Origin: an uncultured virus (IMG/VR IMGVR_UViG_3300030508_000023)
Lineage: Duplodnaviria > Heunggongvirae > Uroviricota > Caudoviricetes
Reading direction: 5' to 3' (one strand)
Length of the DNA: 64,000 nucleotides
IMG/VR virus record: IMGVR_UViG_3300030508_000023
Part shown: positions 56,006-64,000 of the stretch, one piece after another
Layout: each line of letters starts with the position of its first letter
How positions within the stretch are numbered: position 1 is the stretch's first letter
Translations under genes and position numbers: made by a program
The notes under the pieces: generated by a model
Databases searched by the model: none
Told to the model about the DNA's origin: nothing
What the model saw: only the letters and a program-made list of their open reading frames with translations

Positions 56006-57166
56006 TTAGCTAGCTGGTACTACACCTTCAGTCCCGTACAGGATCTGCTCCAAGGTGGTGTCGGAGTGAGTTGCAATGTAGTTTGTAATAGCTACAATGC
56101 TTTGCAGTGGGGCGTGGTAGTCGCTATAAAGAGCTGTAAAGCTGGTATTAGCTTCCTTATTCCCCAACTGCAATACCTCATTGGCATATACAGTGAGCAT
56201 CTGAACATGGACCTCAAAATGATCTAAGAACTCCACAATCACAGGGGATTCAAAGCTCAGATCATATCTGGGGCCAAGGCCACGAAATACACCATCGTTG
56301 TAGATCGTAGAGAAAGCATCAGTGATCAAAAAGACACTATACATGATCTCTTTGCAGCACTGGTGAATCTCCTCTTCCGAGATGGGAGAATCAAAGTGTC
56401 GATTACCAGACACCAACTCCACAAGGTCTGCAACAGCATCCATGAGAGTAAGTGACCACCGAAGCCGCTTCTTGTACTGAGTCTCGCTGGATGAGGTCGA
56501 CACTCTCAACTTAGCAATTAGAGCGTAGTAAGGTACCCCCTCAAGCCTGAAGTATTTTTCTCCTGGACCAGAGTATCCGGCCTTTACCTGAGTCATGCCC
56601 GAACCCCCAAACATGTGATCGTCGACAGTACTTCCAATTTCCACCCTCTCCTCTCCGACCTGAACACCATTCTCATAGATTGGTATAACCTCGTACACCG
56701 CCTCGCTTTCAGGAGTGTTTAGGATGAGCTGATATGCTTCATCAACAAGGTTCTTCACATTAGCGCAGCGCTCGTAGTCATTGTCTTCCATAAGAATGAC
56801 AGTACGATTGAAGTCTGCATAGATGAAGTCTTCCAACACAGAGATCACATCCTCAATCTCCAAGTATGAGAACCCTGGAATCTCAATTACAAGGTTGGTG
56901 TCCATCGATATGACGATCTCAATCCTTGGATCCGTTTGGAAGGTGGCATCAATACTCTCACAGACTCTCTGCAGCAGATGCTCCTTGCACCCCTCTTCAT
57001 CACGGATATCCAACGGCTTGAGTTCCACCTGGGTGACTTCACCCACCTCCACCACAGCCGTCTCTGTTGTTGCAGTAGCGGCAGGTTTCCCTACCGCATT
57101 TTTATCATCCACCTTGGCATCCTTGCCTTTGGTGTCTTTCTTTTGTTTTTCTTGTGCGGTTGCCAT
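56006..57166 (-). CDS. acidic 386-aa hypothetical protein
   Basis: Long ORF followed by the hairpin GGTCCATGGGAATTCCCATGGACC. Confidence 0.8.
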   Translation of the reverse strand: MATAQEKQKKDTKGKDAKVDDKNAVGKPAATATTETAVVEVGEVTQVELKPLDIRDEEGCKEHLLQRVCESIDATFQTDPRIEIVISMDTNLVIEIPGFSYLEIEDVISVLEDFIYADFNRTVILMEDNDYERCANVKNLVDEAYQLILNTPESEAVYEVIPIYENGVQVGEERVEIGSTVDDHMFGGSGMTQVKAGYSGPGEKYFRLEGVPYYALIAKLRVSTSSSETQYKKRLRWSLTLMDAVADLVELVSGNRHFDSPISEEEIHQCCKEIMYSVFLITDAFSTIYNDGVFRGLGPRYDLSFESPVIVEFLDHFEVHVQMLTVYANEVLQLGNKEANTSFTALYSDYHAPLQSIVAITNYIATHSDTTLEQILYGTEGVVPAS

Positions 57167-57199
57167 AGTTGTTCTTTTGGTTAGTTGTTTGTTTTTTAA

Positions 57200-60100
57200 T
57201 TAAAAATAATTGATATTAGCTCCATACATGTTGCTGATTATTCGCCTTATGACAATATCAACACTCCTGTAATCTATTGATAGCGTACGCACCATTCTAT
57301 TTCTTGGTCTGACACTTAACCGATAAGTCTCATCAGGCCTTGCATTTGGCCTATATGAAACCATATCAATAGGTAAATTAATTATGGCTGCTAATCTGGT
57401 CATTACTTTGTGTGGAGTTCCACCCTTAGTAATGCATGCCCATACCATACCACCTTGTGATACGAAGCTATGCATAGGTAGTGATTCACACCCCCAATCT
57501 CTTAAATAAAGATCTTGCAACTGCCTATCGTCCATTAAGAATGTATCAACATCTAGTTGTTTAATTTCACCAAAAAACATGCCATACCTCTCCTCAAACA
57601 TACTTTCTGGCACTGCATCTTCAATCCTGTATGGAATTAGGTTAATAGCATCTAAAACTGTTACTGCGTTAATGTAATAATCATTCATTTGTGTTCTCCC
57701 AATTACCCCAAGTAGCCATAGTTCTGTGCGTCCTAAAGCGACCACGCCGTTGCATAGCGTTCCGAATAGTAGTGTCTGGGGGTGATGGGAGTTCGGAAGT
57801 TTTCAGTCCAACGCTCCCTATTCCTATCTAACTCGACTTGAAACGTATCAATGGAATCCCTTGACAACAAGTCATCGCCCACTAAACGCAAGTTCATCCT
57901 TGCCCTGAATGGATTTACGAAAAGATGGTAGTAATCATTTATATTTTCTGCACTCTTAGAGACCATATTCACCTCAACGTTCTTTAGTGCAGCAACCCTA
58001 GAGAACACCTTTGTGGGTATTCCACCCTGAGTTCTGAACACCATTCTAGTCCCACCAATCAGCATCCGAGCCCTAATCCCGTCTGATCTACACCCCCACT
58101 TGCTGAAAGCGTCCTCAAGTAGTTGATCATAAGGCAAAGTTAATAATGGCTTTATGCGGTAAAATGCGATCAATAAATCGTCATTCATAAACTCCCCAAT
58201 GACATCACGCACAAGGGGAATAGACGTATTTCTTGATCTAAAGCTAACTATATTTACAAACATTGTTTCGTTATTCATCCGGTTCTTCTGGTCCTTCTGG
58301 TTCTTGTGCCAGCTCCTCATCATATTGATTGATTAGATTATCTAGTGCGACAACATGGGGCTCTGGTAACTGCTCCCACTCCCTCTCCATAATTCTGTAC
58401 AGCCTGGCAGATGGAAATATAAGGGTCTCATAGTATCGCCCAGTATCATAGCAATAAGTATACATCTGCAAGTCGCGCATACAAAAAGTAGCCATCTTTT
58501 GAATGACCTTAATCGCTGCACCACCCCGTGTTCTCATTGCCAACATCTTGGGATCGTTAGGGTCTATATACGACGCCATAGCATTCGCTGTGGCCCCCCA
58601 CCTATCAAAAACGAACTCTTCCTGATTGCGCCACGGCAAACCTATTATTTCATTTATGTATATTGGGACGACATCGCTGAAGTCTATAGGGTTTTCACTA
58701 TTAAGATAACTCCCAATAGCATCTCGGATGGGAACAGCTATTACCCCGTATTGCAGATTGCCGAGGTAGGTACTTGAACCAAGAGAAAATACACTTAAGT
58801 AATTTTTATTATCCGTATCCATATATAATATTAGTTATCGGCCCTCGATAGAGTGTTTTGGAGCTTCTCACGAATCTGATTGGGAAGGGTATACCCTTGT
58901 ATCTGGATAAGCCGATGCCGTCTTTCGTATGGCTTAACAGAATATTTGTAATAATCGTTTGACCCATATGCTCTAAAATATAATCCAATATAATTGTTAG
59001 TAATAGCTGCTAGTCTTGACATTACCTTGGTAGGTACTCCATCCCGAGTGGCAAATGCTAGTGAGTATGGATCATCATACTCCGTAAAAAATTCCGGTGT
59101 GGTCCCACACCCCCAATGACCAACAAAATAATCATAAATCCCTCCCAGTGGAATTTCCTGTAAAAGTACGTCACGGGGTTTTATAGCGTCAAAGTCAATA
59201 ATATTTCGTGGAGTGTGAGTGAACACACTAGGGAACTGCTCCCTTATATTAATTAACTGGGGGGTGAGGTGTGTGTACCTCATCTCCAATAAATTTGCAT
59301 ATATCATATTTTTTAAAATTGTTTACATCACTAATCTTTGTATCATACGATAACATTCCACTGGAAACGAAACTGGTTGCAGCTGGCATATACTATGCTT
59401 TCTTAGATTTATTGTTATTCTGTACCTGTAGCTCTCAGTAGTGATTGAGTTGCACGAGCACAACCATATATCCTTGTTGATGATTGCGGCTAACCTAGAT
59501 ATGGCCTTAATTGGCATTCCGCCACCTGTCATAAACCCATAGGTCTCTTCACCTGGCTCGTTGTTAAACTGGGGGTTTGTAGCTATAGTGTAACTTCCCC
59601 AAACGCCTAGAGCACATTCCGTCCTTGAATATCCTGGTATTTCAGGAATCTGCCGAATGCGATTAAAGTCGAGACTCTCGCCACGAAAGAACTGTGGATA
59701 TTCCTGAGCTATATTTATTTTCTCTGGTCCACCTGAGTGGGCCCAAACTATAAGTGCATTTTTAAAAATCTGCATTTGTTCTTATATTTTCTGGTTCTGT
59801 ATCCCCATCCCGCATAAACAAACCAATCATATCCTGCATTGCTGAAAACACGCGGGTAGGTATCCTATACGCATTATTTCTATGAAAGCTTTGCTGTCGT
59901 GTGTTTGGGTTGACAAGAAACGCAAAATGCTCGTCTACGTCGCTATACCAAGACCACATACCAATTGTACGATTAATCAAAGCAGACAGCCTTGATATAA
60001 CTCTTGTTGGAGGAAAACACTCTGTCTGAAATGACAGGACTTTGGGGTTCCCTCTGCCAACATCACTGAGTCTAAAGAAGTTCCCGGCGTTGGCGCACCC

Positions 60101-62380
60101 CCACTGATCAATCAAATCCTGTGGGGTGACAAGATCAACATTGGATAACGGCTTAATATTGCTAAACAAAAGCGCACAGTCATTCCTATATGTTGATGGT
60201 ATAGCCTCCAGGATAGGGGCGTATTGTGTAGGAAAGTCACCACCATCTAAGCTAACTGACAATGCATTAATTACTATTCTATTCCTCATGTTAAGTTGTG
60301 TTGTGTATTACCACTTTGTTTTAATAACTTATATATTTATTGGCGAACATTTCTTGTGATGTCGATTCCTAGCAACTGAAGACGCCGCACTATGGCATTT
60401 TCGGTTTTTGCGCTTAATACCCCAAAAACGACTATATTACATTTGTATCTCCTTTCTCTTGGCTTATACACATGTTGATATATATTCCCAGAATCTGGAT
60501 AATATGATGTCATAATAATATCCATCCTAAGCTGGGCAGATAGTTTTGATATTACCATCCATGGTACTCCATCCGCTGTTTGAAATGTCAGTCGGTCCGG
60601 GTGGGTCCCTTCATTTAAAGCAAAGTTCATGCCGCCCCCACAGCACCCCCAGTTCCTCATCATCCAACTCCCTATTTCAATGGGTCTCATGAAGACATCA
60701 TTTGGTATTGGCTTCAAATCGTCAAACAATACTTGACCATTTCTAAAAAATTCTCCTAGCCCCTCTCTGATGTTAATTACATTTCCATGTCCATCCCATA
60801 CCGAAAGTACATTAATTATTGTGTTCACGCTGGTCCTCCTATTTAAAAATTAAATGGTGGGGCATCCCTACCCCAAATCCCTAAATACATCTGAAAAAGT
60901 TTCTTCCATATTTAATCAGCCGGTGGTGTGGCTCTTAATCGCTCTTCAATAGCGGCTCTAGTTTGATTAGAAAGATACAACAAATCTGGTATTTTTCTGC
61001 ACCAATACAACCTATTAGCTGGATCAAATGATTGATAATAGATGTCTCTAGATGTACAAAAATATGACACTAACTCTATATTCTTTTGGGTTAATACAGA
61101 AAGTCTAGAAATCACCTTGTTGGCAGTTCCATTGTGTGTATCAAAGGTCAATCGAGTGCCTATATTATTAATAACAAAATTATCTCCAGATCCACTAGAT
61201 CCCCAATGCATATGTATTAAGTCCTCAATATCTTCTGGCCGACCCCAAGGTGTATACTGTATTGGCTTTACTCGTCCAAAATCTATTCTATTGTTACTAT
61301 AGTACTCACCTAGCGCATCTATGATTTGAACAAACCCATCATTTTCGCTATGGGACATTAAGACGTTAATAACTCTTGTTGTTCTCATGCTGGAGCTAAT
61401 GGGCATAGGCGTCGCCGGAATGCTGACGGAATATCTAAGACGTTTAGAATCCTAGAAAAAGATTGCTGCCTAATTGCTGGCAGAGTCTCAAAAACATAGC
61501 AACTATCACTGTCTGAATACCTAGAGAACAATTTAGCAACAAGTCTCTTTTGCGCAGAGATCCTTGATATTATCTTTGTTGGAATTCCGCCAATTGTCGT
61601 AAACTCCAGGGCTCTGCCACCGCAAATTATTCTAAAGGCATTGCCAGTTACCTGGCAACCCCAGTTTTCCATGTTCCATTCCCGTAGATCTTCAATGGTC
61701 CCAATAGTACGCCAATCTACTGGTTTTACGCTATTGAAATCAATGCAGCCATGTCGGTCCATGTACTCACCTAAAGCATTTTGTACCCCAAGCGCCTCTC
61801 CTGCTAATGGAGAGTAAATAACTAAAACATTTAAAAAATAATAATTCATTATGTGTAAGATTTTCTACTCGTCTTCTTCTACATCTTCCTCTGCATCACC
61901 GTCATCGTCCCCATTCTCATTGTCCTCATACCGCAGGTCTTCATCCAGGTCATAAATTCGTCCTGCAATATCCGCAGGTACATCCTCATTATCGATCTCG
62001 GAAATTTTTTGCAACCGACTAAAGGGGTTTACTTCTGTTAAAAAGTGTTCATCCGTATGTCGAAAGTAAGAATACATTTTTAGTTTTCTTTGCACCAGAA
62101 CAGCTAATCTGGAAATAACCTTAGTTGGAATTCCTCCATCAGTGCAGAATATAATTTTCTTCCCTGAATCAAATTGACTCTGCCTTTCTGGTGCGAAATA
62201 ACACCCCCAATTGTTCATATTCCACATCATTACCTCATCAAATCGCATTACTGGGGGCTGTGGCTTAATCTGATGAAAAGCTATATATCCATCTGCAGTT
62301 ATATACGGATAGCACTCCCGTGTTAGTTGTGTGTGACCGCCCGTCCTGGTTCTACCAATAAGTGAATTTATGATTTCCAT
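57200..62380 (-). CDS. ten tandem YubB/DUF1281-like paralogs (57200..57688, 57733..58278, 58271..58822, 58831..59307, 59323..59775, 59762..60289, 60337..60828, 60912..61388, 61385..61849, 61865..62380)
   Basis: Each ~150-185 aa with N-x-L near the start, (I/L)xF..IKP, WG(C/S/A), and F.T.(G/D)G.P.KV(I/M)SRL(A/S)A. Confidence 0.85.
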
Positions 62381-62493
62381 CTTCCCTTAAGTTAACACTC
62401 TAATTATCTGTTGAGAGCACGCTCGTAAGCACGACCCCTCATGTCTAAAAGGTCCATCAAAATAGGCCCGTGAATAAAATTTGCATGTATTTT

Positions 62494-63744
62494 CTACTTT
62501 GCATCCTCTTTGTTCTTCCTCCTTAGTGGGCCATACTCTTCCTTAATCTTCCTGAGAGCTACTGGGTCGTGCTTTTCAAGCTCCTCTGAGAGCTTGTGAT
62601 TAAACTCTCCCAACCTATGTAGGCTATTCTTTAGCGCATCAATTGTATTGTGTAGTTGTTGAATTCCAAACATATGTTTTGTTTTTAGCCTCTGGTAATA
62701 ATTCTGGATTTCTCCACCGTCGCCTCTTCTTTCTGAGAAGTAATCCAATCCACAAGATCCTGTGGGTCCTCAAAAGAATTTGTCATAGACGAAGCTACAA
62801 CTGCAACTGTCTCGTACCCATCTTTTGTGCTATATACAAGCAGCGCCAGGGTGGGATCATTTGTACTAGGCTTCATTAGTACCGTCTGGAATCCATTGGA
62901 CTTCAAGAAGTCAATTAGCTCTACTCCATTGCCTTCTGGCTCTTTGGTTTCTGCTGTTTCTATATCGCTCATTGTTTTGTTTTTGTTTCTACTTACGTAG
63001 ATTTTTCCACCACTTGTCTACTCGATTGCGATCTGCTTTGTTGAATATCCAAAACAGAGGTAATCCGAACAGGAGTGGGATGAGGATTTGTGACACGAAT
63101 AAAAATAATATTAGTGTCGTTATAAACAAGTCAGTTGTGATTAATAATCTTCCCATACTATTCGTCTTGGTACCTTACGTTTTCGTCATCGTTGTCGAGA
63201 GGAATTCCGCCTACCGAAAGGTAGGCATCCCCTTCTTCCCAATGACCATTGTTATCTACGACGATACATAAGCTAAGCCCACCATCGTCGACAGCAACAT
63301 CTGAATCAGCTGGTAAGGACTCAGCCCAATCCAAAAGCTCTTGTCTTGAAATCATGAGTTGTATCTTTTTGAGGACTTCCTCGATCTTATTAGTTGGCAA
63401 TCATTGCACATACACTTGGCATCAATGATCTGAAGCTTGAGGTCTTCGAGGGTTGTAGTCATGTTGTTATGACTTCCTCCCCATACTAAACAATACGCAT
63501 TTATTTCCTCGTCGATAATACTCAATGCTTCAAATTGCTTCTGTAGCATTGGCTTTTCAACAACCTCACCCACTGGGCCAAGGTTAACAATAGTTACGAC
63601 TGGATCTCCAGGAAGTGGTTTGGGGGGGCTACCATAAGTAAATATACTGTAATATCTTACACTTCCCTGCACAAGTTGGTGTATCAATCCAGTCTCTTTG
63701 TTTTGTTGCCATGGGAAATGTATTCCCAAAGTATCTAGAGACAT
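62494..63744 (-). CDS. small hypothetical genes (62494.., 62685..62972, 63158.., 63352..)
   Basis: Minus-strand ORFs near the window edge; starts uncertain. Confidence 0.5.
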
Positions 63745-64000
63745 TCTTTCCCACCAAGGGAGATAGTCTGAAACAGCTTTTTGCCCCGCATAACTAAATG
63801 CAAGCAGATTTGTTTCGCGACTACCTATACAAATTAATTCATTATCCCTGTTCTCTAGTTCAAAGAACTGAGTTGAGTTCTTGCCTTTGTATTTTCCAGT
63901 AGTGCCACGAATGGTAATCTGGAACAGGACTTTGAACTCGGGATAGTACCAAGCAGTGGAGATATTTAACTCCTTGAATCTTTTAAATACTTCTTCAATA

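Noticed and set aside
57200..62380. Diversity-generating retroelement as the source of paralog or fibre variation
   Set aside because: No reverse transcriptase and no template/variable repeat pair differing only at adenines is visible; divergence spans whole genes.

Overview
This is a 64-kb fragment of a large (jumbo-type) dsDNA bacteriophage genome in the standard genetic code. Almost all real genes are on the minus strand, and most plus-strand ORFs in the track are antisense shadows. Layout: (1) 1-3232, a multisubunit RNA polymerase gene in which the C-terminal half of beta is fused to the N-terminal/catalytic part of beta'. It runs off the left edge and is absent from the ORF track. (2) 3328-13600, an accessory block of small genes with repeated intergenic leaders, including an HTH protein, an AbrB-like protein, a ubiquitin-like fusion, a sigma-region-4-only protein and tRNA-Arg. 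(3) 13737-40473, a core/late block with the N-terminal half of beta, putative internal virion proteins rich in K-x-A motifs, a probable portal, two glycosyltransferases, a lysozyme, a papain-like protease, lipoproteins, two related repeat-rich fibre genes, a SET-domain protein, three further tRNA(-like) genes and a structured non-coding island. (4) 40591-64000, a long accessory block with a 12-member YubB/DUF1281-like paralog family, a 5-member WVTCACGNQC family, a complete tnpB-only IS200/IS605 element and a stand-alone GGQ release-factor domain. The most striking feature is a short array of integron-type attC cassettes in this block (43.55-44.35 kb). Its genes are antisense to the attC sites, start inside their own attC loop and take their stop codon from the neighbouring site. 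All protein family calls come from motif recognition by eye, not from database searches.
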